Shown here in pieces: positions 30,440-41,700 of a DNA stretch of 64,000 bases. Within the stretch, counting starts at the first letter, position 1; each line of letters begins with the position of its first letter. The position numbers were made by a program, and so were the translations under genes. The notes beneath the pieces are model-generated. The model had not been told where the DNA came from. It made no database searches and worked only from the letters and a program-made list of their open reading frames with translations. The stretch is from Emiliania huxleyi CCMP1516 (lineage: Eukaryota). Where the stretch lies: the NCBI RefSeq assembly GCF_000372725.1, contig NW_005201613.1:216290-280289 (forward strand), written 5' to 3'.

Positions 30440-31550
30440 CGTGAATCGCCAGCGTGGTCTCGCGCCAACGAGCTGGTTCGAGCGCTGCGGCGGCACCGCT
30501 ATGCCTCGGAGGAAGCCGTGAAGGCAGGACGCTGTGGGGTGGGTCAGGCCATCATCCTGTACGTGCCATGCCCACCAGCCGCCGCGCCCGCGGCGACGCG
30601 CGGTGGGAAGAAGCACTGAGCACTGAGCACTGAGTCTCTAAGCCGCGGCACTAAGCACTGAGTCTCTGCTTCCGGGTTGTGTGCTGGGTCTAGATCCGCG
30701 ACTGTCTAGAGGTCGAGGGAGCGATGCACCCATCCCAGCACCACACTCCCATATCCTCGTTGTCCTTCGTATTGCTATTGGTCACGATTGGGTATAGGGC
30801 GGCTGTTCACAAACAGGCTCTCCGTCGCGCTCCGCGGCTTTTCACAGCCAGATCGGGCGTTGGCGTGTTTAACAAAGTGCGAGAAGCTCCGCTGCAGGCG
30901 CCCGTCTCTTTTTTGAAATTCACAGAGGAGGAATTGTATTGTGCTTTCATTCACAGACCCTGTTTCACAGACCTTGTTATTGACAAGAAAATACGTCCTA
31001 TGGCGCTTTGCGCTGGTCTGTGAGAGGTTGAGGTGCGGCCCTGGAGGCCCTTCGCTCGAGCTCTCCGAGGCCGCGTTCTGACCTCGTGCCGCGGCTGTCG
31101 TCGCTGCAGCAGCGACGAGGGCCGCGGCAAGGGGTGCAGCGGCGACGGGCGGGGCGGAGAGGCGCGGCCAGCTACCGGGCTGTTGCCCCCGCCTACCGCG
31201 TCGGGCCCCTGCACCCGGAGGCGGCTTGCGGCAGCCTTCCCGTGTCTCCGTGCGACCCGATGGGGTAGCCGGCCAAAACGCGCGCGTCTGTGAGATTTCC
31301 GGACTTTGAGTGTGCACCGCGGGAAATATCAAAGTGAGAGTGTACCAAAGTTAGTAGGTCATTTTGAAGGGTTGGTATAGGCCTTTCACTGGTGGGTAGC
31401 CCGGGCGTCGCGCGGTACGCGCCGGGCCGTCAGCGCCTTTCGAAAACAGCGACACTATCCACCTACTAGGGTTAAATATCCGTTTTAGATAGACGGCTCG
31501 CAGTAAAATTCTTCCCGCGCCCTTCCCGAGCCGGTTCAGCCGTTGGCCTA

Positions 31551-32229
31551 CATGGACTTCCTCGACGACCTCCCTCAAGACATGCTGGCGGTACTCGCTC
31601 AAGGCCTCGACGTGGTGTCGCTGGTGCGATTCTCCGCGCTGAACCACGCCTCCCGAGCCGCCTCCTCCACAGGGCTCCGCGCGGCCAGGGACGCCTTCGA
31701 GGCGCTCGTCGGTCTCTTCGGCGGCGACGCGGCGGCGCGCACGGCGGCGCAGAATTTGACAAGGGTCGCGCCGCACCTCTTCATCGTCGCTCGGCCTGCG
31801 GCCGTCTTCGCGGCTCGCCTCTCCGGTCTCGCCGACATCTTTGGCAGCGACGCGTCGGCGCGCACGGCCGCTGTGGCATACCCGAGGCTGCTCGCCGTCG
31901 CCTCGCCGACGGCCGTCTTCGGTGAGCGCCTCTCCGCGTTGGAAGACGTCCTTGGCGGCGACGCGGCGCGCTCGGCCGTCGGCTCGTGCCCGCGGTTGCT
32001 CACCATCCCATACGCGGTCTTTGCGGGCCGCCTCGCCGCGCTCGCCGACATCTTCGGCGACGACGCGGCCGCGCGCACGGCCGTGGCCAACTGCCCGAGG
32101 CTGCTCACCATCGACTCGCATGCGGCCGTCTTTGCTGCGCTGGCAGATAGCATCGGCGGCAACATCGCCTCTGCACGCAAGATCGTCCATCTTTCCCCAA
32201 GCGTGCTCCTGCGGGCCTACTTGCGATGA
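31551..32229 (+). CDS. F-box protein with ~4 mTERF-like helical repeats
   Basis: MDFLDDLPQDMLAVLAQGLDVVSLVRFSALNHASR (F-box), followed by repeats of the form DIFG.DA.ARTAV...PRLL....AVF..RL.AL. Confidence 0.75.
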
Positions 32230-32420
32230 TCCTCCCCGAGGAGGGCGGCGACGAGACGTGGCGATGCTGCCCCTCCTCGGCCGACGCTACCTCGACACAT
32301 CCTACCACGACGCGCGATTTTTGCTTTTTTTTGTGATGCCGCCGCTGAGTGACCCGTCTGCCGTCTCGGACTCGGTCGGCACAGTCTGTCTTTTTGGTGT
32401 CTTTATACATAACCAAAGAA

Positions 32421-34168
32421 TCAATCCCACTCCTGGTACTCCTCCCCCCACACCTCCTCCGCCACCCACACCTCGCGGTCAAAGAAGTCGTAGCCCTCGA
32501 CGACCGGCTTGTGGTTGCAGAGGACGATCGACATGCGGAAGCCCTTGCCCGAGCTCACGGCGTGCAGCAGCGCCTGTGGGGGAGGGCACAAACAGGTGAG
32601 AGGGCCGTGGGCTCACGCAGTCTGCACAGCGGGAGCCGCGCCTCAAAGTCGCCAATCACCAGCGACCAGCCGGGGCATGGCAGCTCCAGCGACAGCGTGA
32701 CGTAGCGCTGGTCAAAGCCCTGAAAGTCGCCGAAGATGAGCACGGCGCCAAAGCCGCGGTTGTGCTGGTCACGGTGGACGTAGAGCCCGCTGTGCCCCTC
32801 ACCGCTGCGCAGGTGCGTCCAGCGCTTCTTCAGGTGGTCGAACCGACTCTTTGGGAGGTTTTCAGGATCGACATCGGCGTCCCAAAAGATGTTGAGCGAG
32901 GCGTAGGAGAACCTGAGGCCGAGCGGCAGCTTGTCGCGCAGGATGGCGAGGACCTGCGGCGTGACACTGGCGGGCGCATTCAGCAGCACGTGCTGCGCCA
33001 TCTTGGACAGCGGAAGCACAATCCTCTTGAAGGCTGCCTTGGCGGGGCACTTCTCCGCGGACCGGACGAGCCTGACGGCGCCCGGGTCGATCACCTCTCC
33101 CTCCGCATTCCGCTTTTTGCAGCGTGCCTCGGGGAAGTTGTGGATTTGGCTGCAGGCTGGCGCACACTGCAGAGCCCAGCGCAGGTGGATGCAGCCGTGG
33201 AACCAGGCGGCCCTTACGTCTGCAAGCTTGGCAATGGCCTGTTGGATCGTGAAGCTCGGGTTGAGCTGGAAGGCCAAAATGGAAGCCTTGCCGAGGTCGC
33301 AGCTGCGCCGCAGCTTGGTGATGCACCAAGCCTCCTCTTGGGACAGCGCCCCCCACACGCCAGCAATGTCGAAGAGAGAGGGGAAGTAGACGAGGGCGGG
33401 CTGGACCCAGCCGTCCATGCAGCCAGTTGCGACGAGAGGCAGGCGAGGGTCGTGCCGGTACGCATGTGCGAGAACCGGGCATTTTTCTGGCGTGAGCGGC
33501 TTTGCTGAGTGCCCTTTACCCTGGCCAATGAACGGCTCGAAGATACCCGCCGAGGACGGGTCGGACGGATGGTGCAGAAGCACCGCCTCACCCAATCCCC
33601 AGAGGCGCAGAGGCCGGCGCATTGCCTCCTGAAAGGCCAGCTGCGTGCCCGCCTCCAAGGCGCCCGGGCCGCCGACACGCACCACTCCCGATCCCGGTGG
33701 CGGCTCGGCTGTGTGGTCGAATGGAAGCACCACATCGAGGACGCGCAACGGCGTGCGGTGCGCCACCCCCTCGGCCGGCTGCCGGGAGGCGGTGGCGGTG
33801 AGGACCGGCACATACCTCATCGACTCGAACTGCTGCTGTGCCGCGGGAGGGTAGACGGCGATGTCCGCAATGGGCAAGGGCTTTGAGGGTGGCCGGCATG
33901 CTTTAGCCTGATTCTTCTTGTGCCACTCGGACCACTTTGCTGCACCCGCGAGCCGCAGATACACGGGTGCCCTGCCATGCGGCAACAACCAGACGCCAAA
34001 GTCCGACCGCGCCCGGCCCAGTGCTGCAGCCGCTAGCAGGTCCGCAAGACAGGCGCGCTCGGCATTCACGCCATTCGTCGCCGTGAAGCGCTTGTTGTAG
34101 GACCCCACCAACGAGCCCTTTCCGCCTTCGAGTCCGAGCATCTCGGCGGTGAACGGAACCCTGACCAT
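32421..34168 (-). CDS. TET/JBP-like 2OG-Fe(II) dioxygenase, two exons
   Basis: FSYASLN...LYVHRDQHNRGFGAVLIFGDFQG...LVIGDFE, then a GC-AG intron at 32641-32574, then ALLHAVSSGKGFRMSIVLC...EYQEWD* (TGA 32423-32421). HxDxxN...H...RxSxV is the TET/JBP pattern. Confidence 0.72.
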
Positions 34169-34397
34169 CGTGCGGGGTTATCTTTGGGAAGCCCGGGGCG
34201 CGCCGCAGACGGTTGGATCGATCCCGTCCCCGCCCGTCTGAAGGGGTATCTGCTGCTCGTATGAGCGTTGCAGCGGAGCGCGGAAGGAGAGACTAGTGGG
34301 CCCACTTTGCTTGCGATACAATTGTAGCCCCTCGGACGGGCGCATTTGCAAGAAAAAGCTTACACACAGCATGCACAAGAAATAAAGAAAGGAGATC

Positions 34398-34513
<116 letters not shown>

Positions 34514-34679
34514 GTGCTCTACGTTATTTTGCGTTGTGGCACACTTAAAAAGAAATTCAAAGAACACAACTCTCTCTCACAGCAGACAGGCTCGACACAG
34601 GTGCGGACTGGCCGTGCTAGCACTATCACAGGCACACGAAAGAAAGAAAAGAAAAGCGCGCGCGGCACACTTGCGTCGG

Positions 34680-37600
34680 AGTGCCACGCCGCAATGCACC
34701 TACTCTCGTCTCCCTCTCGAGCTCCTGGCCACCTTCGCCGCCGCACGCTCTCCGCCGGCTGCCACTGCCGCACCTTCGACTCGCGCGCGGACGGGCACGT
34801 GCGTGGCGAGGCGTGCTGCGCCGCGACGCTGCGCGTCAGCAGCTTTGCCACGCACGACACACTGCGACTGGTCGGCTGCTGCGTGCGGCCGGACGGCAAG
34901 AGGGCGAGCCTGACGGCGCTCAACGGCCAAACGCAGCGGGCGCTGCTGTGGGCCGCGCCGACGCCGCGATGCTGAGCGACGCGGCTCACTGCACGGGCAT
35001 GGCGCTGGGCGACCCGATTTGAGGCGCGCTCTCTCGCCTCTCGCTCCACACGGGGCGGCAGGACGACGAGGCGCTCGCTGGTCGGAGTAGGCGCATCCGC
35101 TAGCGCAAGGGGTGGACGCGGCGGCGCCGACCGGGCTCGTTCGCTAGTGAAAATCTCCGGCAGCCGGCGCACTGCGCAGCTTGGTGGCGGACCACATCGG
35201 GCTATGTCGTCTTCCCTGGCGACGGCTGCCTCGAGGGCGACCGACGCGGCGACCGACGCGGCGACCGACGCGGCGAGCGGCTTGCTGCGGCGCGTCTTCT
35301 TCCTGCTGCCCCTCTTGCTCGACGGCGATGTGGCACAGTTGCGCGTGGTGTGCGAGCTCAACGCGGCGGAGGAGCGCTTTGAGGTGCGAAGCGAGCTCAC
35401 CGAGGAAGGGGCAAGCACCGCCCATTGCGGCGGCTCGACGGATGCGGCGCCGCCGGGCGACGAGCGGCGGCGCCCGCAGCCGGCCGCGGTGCGCGGGAGC
35501 TGCGGGGCGGCGAGCGCCGCGGACCTGTACTCCGCGTTCCGGGGGATGGGCCTCGAGTACGGCCCTGCGTACCGCACGCTCGCGGGCATGTGGGCGTCGC
35601 CAGCTGCTGCGGTGGGGCAGCGCGCCGCACGTGGCCACTTGTGCCCGGTGGCGGAGCGGCAATCGGCACGACTCGCCTCGCTCTAGTGAGTCAGAGCCGA
35701 CGCGGCGGAGGCGGCGCGCACTTGTCGGGCTTCGAGACGCGAGCCCTCAAGGCCGGCTGCGCCGAAGAGGCACCTGCGATGGCGACACTGAACGTGACGG
35801 CGTGGACAGCGCGCGCGCTGTCTGCCGACGCCGGCCCCGAGGCGGCGGCGGCATCATCGCTGGTCCTCTCCGGAGCGGTGTCGAGCGCCGCGTCCGGCGC
35901 GGGCGCCACTCGTGCGACGGCGGCGGCGGCTGGCGGGCCTCGTTCTGTCGCGTTTGCCGCGGGGGTCGGCGGCGCCCGCGCCGAGCGCGATTCGCTCGCC
36001 GTGCTGGCGGCCGCCTTTGACATCGTGCGGGCCCACACCGCCAAGGTCGCGCTGCCGGTGTGGCTGCTGACGAGCCGCGCGCTCGGCGCCCGGCCATCGG
36101 GCGGGTCTGGCGCGTCCGCGCATGCGGGCATGATGGGTGGGTTTGGCCCGCCAAGTGCGGTCCGAGGCGCCGACGTGCCGTTTGCCAGTCATTGACCTCG
36201 ACGCCGCTGCGGCAGTGGCGGGCTCGGCGGCGGCCGCCGCGAAGCTTGGGCTCGGGTACTCGGGCTTGCCTGAGCCCGAGGTCGCTTTCGACGCCGGCCG
36301 GCCGCGCGTGCCGCGGCTCAACCAGCGGGCCTGTTCGGATGCACTTCGACGCGCGCGGCGCGGTGTCGAACCTCCGGCTCGTGCCTCAGGCCGAGGAGAG
36401 CTCCCCGCCCGCGGACGGCGAGGTCGAGTTGCGCGTGCGAGCGGTCGGTCTCAACTTCCGCGACGTGCTCAACGTCCTCGGCGTGTACCCCGGCGACCCC
36501 GGTCCTCCCGGCAGCGACTGCGCTGCAGACGTGGCTCGCTGCGGCGGCGGCGCGCCGCACCTGCGCGTGGGCGACGCTGTGCTCGGCCATGGCCTGGCGG
36601 CGCTGGCATCGTTTCGCGGAGCGACTCGCGGCTGATGGCGGCGATCGACGACTCGCTGACGGTCGAGCAGGCGTGCACCCTGCCGACGACGTGGTGCACG
36701 GTTCACATGTCGCTCCTCGCGTCGCGGCCTCGCGCGGGCCACCACGCGCTGCTGCAAGCGGGCGCCGGTGGCGTTGGCCTCGCAGCGGGCGAGTACACAC
36801 ATTGGGTCGGCACGCGCGCAAGCGTGACGGTCGGCCGGCCGTACAAGCATTGGTATTTGCATGGCACGGGTCTGCGCGGCGAGACGCTCAGCTCGCGGGA
36901 CGGCGGCGCGTTCCTCGCCGGCGCGGCGGCGCTCGTCCGCGCGTCGCGGCTGCGCTTCGTAACAGCTAGTCCGCCGACTTCATCGCTGGCTCGTTTGCGC
37001 CGCTGGGCGAGGGCGGCTGCTTGTGCGAGATCGGCAAGCGCGCGGTGTGGAGTGCGGAGCGGCTGCGGAGCGCGTCGCTTGCGCGCTACGTGGCGATCGC
37101 GCTCGACAGCACGATCGAGCAGACGCCGGTGTGGATGCGGGGCACACTCCAGCGGTTGTCTGCGCACGCGGCGGCGCGCGTGCTGCACGGGCTGCCACTG
37201 CAGAGCTTCGGGCTGGAGCGCAGCCTGCTCTCCGCGTTCCGCAGCCTGCAGGCCGGCACAAACACCGGCAAGGTGGTCATCCTTATCCCCGCCACCGCCC
37301 CCGCGCCGCCGCGCGACACGCATCTGCTCTCGGGCGGCACCGGCGGGCTCGACCTGCTGACAGGCCAGTGGCTGGCGGCGGGCGGGGCTTCCACGGCTGT
37401 GCTTGCGGCGTGCGGCGGCGCGGTGTCGGAGGCGGACGGCCCGCGGCTGCGGAAGGCGCGGCCGCAATGCTCCGTGTGCGTGGCGCGCGCCGATGCGGCG
37501 GAGCTGGCCGACATCCGGCGGCTGTGGGTTTAGCGGGGCGCGTTGCGGCGAGGCGGGTCGGCTCGCGGTCGTGTGGCACGTGGCCGGCGTCCTATCCGAC

Positions 37601-38310
37601 GGGTTGCTGCGCGCCCAGACGGCGAGCACGCTCCGCCGGGTGTACGCTCCGAAGGTACACGGCGCCTGGGGCTTGCAGCTTGCGTGCGCCGCGGCGCCGC
37701 TCGATGCGTGCGTCCGCTTCTCGTCCATCGCCGTCGCTGATCGGCGGCGGCGGGCAGTCCAACTATGGCGCGGCGAACGGTTGCCTCGATTCGCTCGGCG
37801 TGTGTCGGCGGCAGGGCGGCCAGGCGGCGTCGAGCGTGCAGTGCGGGCCGTGGGCGGAGTGGGCATGGCCGCGAGCAGCTCGGTCAACGCGCGGATCAAG
37901 GCGGCGTCGGGCATGGGCCTGATCGGGCTGGAGCAGGGCGCGACGGCGTTCCGTGGAGCGCTGCTGCCGGGCGTGCCGGCCGTGATGAGTTTGGCCGTCC
38001 TTTCGTGGGGCAAGTTCCTCGGTCTGATGCCGACGGTGCCGCCGCTGCTAGAAGGGCACGCCTCCCGCAAGGCGGCGACCGGCTGGGCATCTGAGAGCCG
38101 CGTCGTGACGCTCGAGATGATCATGAAATCGCTCGAGTCGACCACCGGCACGGGCGTGGATGCGGACGCGCCGGTGAAGGAGGCCGGCCTCGACTCGCTT
38201 GGAGCGGTGCGGGCTCGGCAAGCCGCCGCGCAGCAGGCGTCGGGGCAGACGCTGCCGTCGACGCTCATCTTTGACTACCCGACGGCGCGGCAGCTCGCGG
38301 CGTACTTCGA
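34680..38310 (+). pseudogene. Decayed type I polyketide synthase module (partial KS-DH-ER-KR-ACP)
   Basis: KS: CRTFDSRADGHVRGEAC, DGKRASLTALNG, HCTGMALGDPI*. DH: LYSAFRGMGLEYGPAYR. ER: VRAVGLNFRDVLNVLGVYPGDPG, AGAGGVGLAA. KR: SGGTGGL, HVAGVLSDG, PKVHGAW, GQSNYGAAN. ACP: AGLDSLGA...LIFDYPT. Motifs lie in several frames with in-frame stops. Confidence 0.85.
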
Positions 38311-38793
38311 GAGCTCCTCCATCCACTTCTGCCGGCGGCAGCCAAGCTGCGGAAGTGGCCGCCGCCGGGCGAGACGCGCTGGCAAGGTGTGCGGCGCGCG
38401 CGTCTTCTTGTGTAGTGTCTACGTGTATGGCTCCGTGTGTCCGACGAGGCGCCAAACATGTGTATTATTGTGGTGGTGGGTCCGCACGTGTTAGGCAAGG
38501 AGGAAAGGGTTGGTTGGGAACTTTTGTCCGCGGTGGCGCACAAGAAAGGGCAAAACAAACGAATCCACGTCATTCTTTCTGCCTTTTTCTTTTGCATGGC
38601 GCGACCGGAAGGCGATGCCGGTGGGAACCACACGGCACCGAGCCGCAGCCTGACCCGACGACGTCGCCCCACGGCTGCTGCAAGCCACGTCGGCGCACGG
38701 CTGCTGCCAGCCGCGCTCCAGTAGGAGCCGCCGCCGCCGTCGCCGCCGCCGCCGCCGCCGCCGCCGCTCCTCGTCGCGGAGCTCCGTAGAGAC

Positions 38794-41700
38794 ATGGGAG
38801 GTGGCCAAGGTTGCGAGTACATGAAGGCGGCGGCCGTCCCTTATACGATCGAACCACGCGATGTCCTGATCGTCGACTGCTCGACGGTCTCGCATGACCT
38901 GCTGATCGTGGGGCCCTGGGCGCTCACACGCTGCCTTGCTTGGCACGCCGGCGATCGGGCCCCGCTCATCAACGCCTTTGTCGACGAGATGCGTAGTCTG
39001 GCCAGGCACGGCGCCGCCGTCTTCCTGCTCTTCGAGGGCGTGGACACCAGCGGAGATGCGGCTCCGCAGGAGCCGACTCGAGAGCGGCTCCGCCGCGATG
39101 CGGCGCAGCGCGAGGCGATCCGTGTGGTCGCGAGCTACGGTGGCGACCACGCCGCCTTGCGCCGCGATGCCGAGGCCACGACAGACGGCGCGAACCGAGT
39201 CCGGGCCGCGGTGCTCGGCTCGGTGCACGGCAGCGAGTTGAAACAGCTCCTGCTGGCCGAGCTGCTCAAGGAGAAGCAGCAGCCCACCTCCGGCCTCGAC
39301 AACATCGTGCCTCTCGTCTCGCCCCGCGGAACCGAGAACGACCACATGGCGGTGGCCCTCCACCGGCTGCTCCTCGCGGGCGGCGTGCCGAGCATGCTCG
39401 TCTTCAACGACGGCGACATGCTCGTGCACGGCGTTCCCGTGCTCATCGCCGAGAGAGTGCGCCGCTCCAGCAGACCCCGACGCGCCGCCGCCTAGTAATA
39501 GTGTGACGGCCTCCCCCCCCCCCCCTCCCCCCCCCCCCGCCGCCTAGTAATAGGGCGACGCGTGGATGGTCAGGGGCCAGCTGCAGCTCTTCGACCCCAA
39601 CGCCCACGACGTCATCGCCCAGCAGCTGCAGGGTAGCCCTCGCCGCCAGGCGCTGTTCGCGCTGGCCCGCGAGCACGGCTCAGGCATCTGGGGCGACGCT
39701 GCCGCAATCGTGGGGAGGACGGACGCATCGCAGGATGCCGGCTATCGCGGCCTCGGCACGTTCGAGCGGCTGCTGGAGGTGCTCGGCGAGGTGGCCACGC
39801 GCGACCCCGTCGCCTTTGCCTCCCTCGACGCACCGTACCGCGTCGACGTGATTGCCTCCATGATTGCGTCGGGTGGCGTCAGCGGCGGGGTGAACCGCGG
39901 CGGGCAGAGCGATGACGAAGCCACCGCAGATGTCGCGCGGGCGCTCGGCGGGCTGTACCTCCAGCGCGCAGGCGGGGACAAGACGGTCAAAGAGCTGGGC
40001 TTCTCGCCCTCGGCCTCGCCCGGCGTCTCTGCTGCCTCGCCCGACGCAAGCGGAGATGGGACGGCGGGCGGGGGCGAGGGCAGCGGGACGGCGACTGGCA
40101 GCAACGATGATCGGGCCGACTGCGGCGGCGGGGACGGCAGCCGCGGAGGCGGTGACGAGGGGCGCGGCGCGGCTAGCGCGAGTGGCGGCGGAGGGCGGCC
40201 GAGGCTCGTCGAGAGCGGAGGCTTTGGCAGCGGCGGTCGAGCAGGAGGAGTCGGCGAGGGCATCGATGCAGAGGCAGCGTCGACGGGCGCCGAGGCTGCG
40301 ATGGCCGTGGCGCAGCACGGGGCGGTCGTGGCGCGCCGCAAAGCGGAGGACGACGGCCGGTTCCGATCTCTCGAGGGCGTCCGGGACTTCGTGTATTCCG
40401 AAGCCTTTGGCTGCGACGACGAGGATACGCGCAAGGCGTTCATGGAGTGGGCGGAGTTCGAGTTTGGGTTTGAGGAGCTGGCCAAGCGCTTTGCGCAGCA
40501 CGGCGCAATCATCCCGTGGATCGGGCCAGACGCGAGGCAAGCCGGGGTCGTCATGCTGTTGCACTATGCCGGCGAGAGCCACACCCACCACTGGCCGTTC
40601 CTCGATGGCGTCGCCACGTCCGTCTCCTTCGATGTGCTCGTCCGCCGCGTGCCAGAGCTTCTTGGCCACGCCTCGGCCGATGCCATGCTCGCCTCGGTCA
40701 TCGTCGACTCGACGCTCGTGGTACTTCCGCGGCCGCTGCGCACGGACGGCGGCGGGTGCGTCGACGACTATGCGGAGCAGTGCCTGCTCGAGACCATGAG
40801 CCATGACGAACTCGAGACGCACCGCGACAAGCGCACGCGGTTCCTCAGCTGCCTGCTCAAGTGGCTGGCGCAGGACGCCGCACCGCGGTCGCCGTCGAGC
40901 CTATCGTCGCCGAGCCCGCCGTCGCCGAGCCAGCCGCCGCCGAGCCAGCCGCCGCCGCCCCGCCCTCCCTCGAGCCAGCCTCCGCCGAGCCGCACGCCGC
41001 CGAGCCGGGACAGCCGAGGCGGATCGCCGCCGCGCCGGCGGCGGAAGCTACATCCGACGTCACCCCATCAGTCGCCGCGGCAGCCCTTGGGAGAGCTCCA
41101 GCAGCGCCTTCCGGGGAGCGGCAGCGGCGGCAGCAGCACCGCGGATGCCGCTTCGGCTGGCGGCAGCAGCGGCGGCGCCGCGGGCGGCGGCTGTCAGGCG
41201 CAGAGTGGGTGGGCGGTGGAGCTGCCGCGCCTCCAGGGCGGCAGCGTCGTGCGCGATTTGATCGTCGACACGCCGGCGTTGCTGCGGCTCCTGCCCTCGC
41301 CGACGGCAGGCGTGGGCCTCGACGAAGCGGTGGGTGCGAGGGCCGTCCTCGTCGTGTGCGGCCGGGCGGCGGCCAAGTGCGTCACGCCGCAGCTGGTGGC
41401 TGATGCGGCTGAGGCGGGCGCGTGCTGCATCTCCACGCACCACCCCGAGTACGTGAGCGCAAAATACTTCCCGTGGCACGCTCGCGAGGAGAGCTGCCGC
41501 ACGCTGCTCGTCATGGGCCTGCCCAGCCTCCGCGCCGCCTCTGCGTCGCTCGCCGACGCCAAGGCGAAGGTGGCGGGTGCGATCGCCGACGGGTGGCGGG
41601 TGAGGCTGCACGACTACCTGGCTCACAGGCGGAGCGTGCTGGGCACTGCGACAGCGCCGTCGCCGTCCTCGCGGGGCACGGCGTGGGCCTCGAGCATCGT

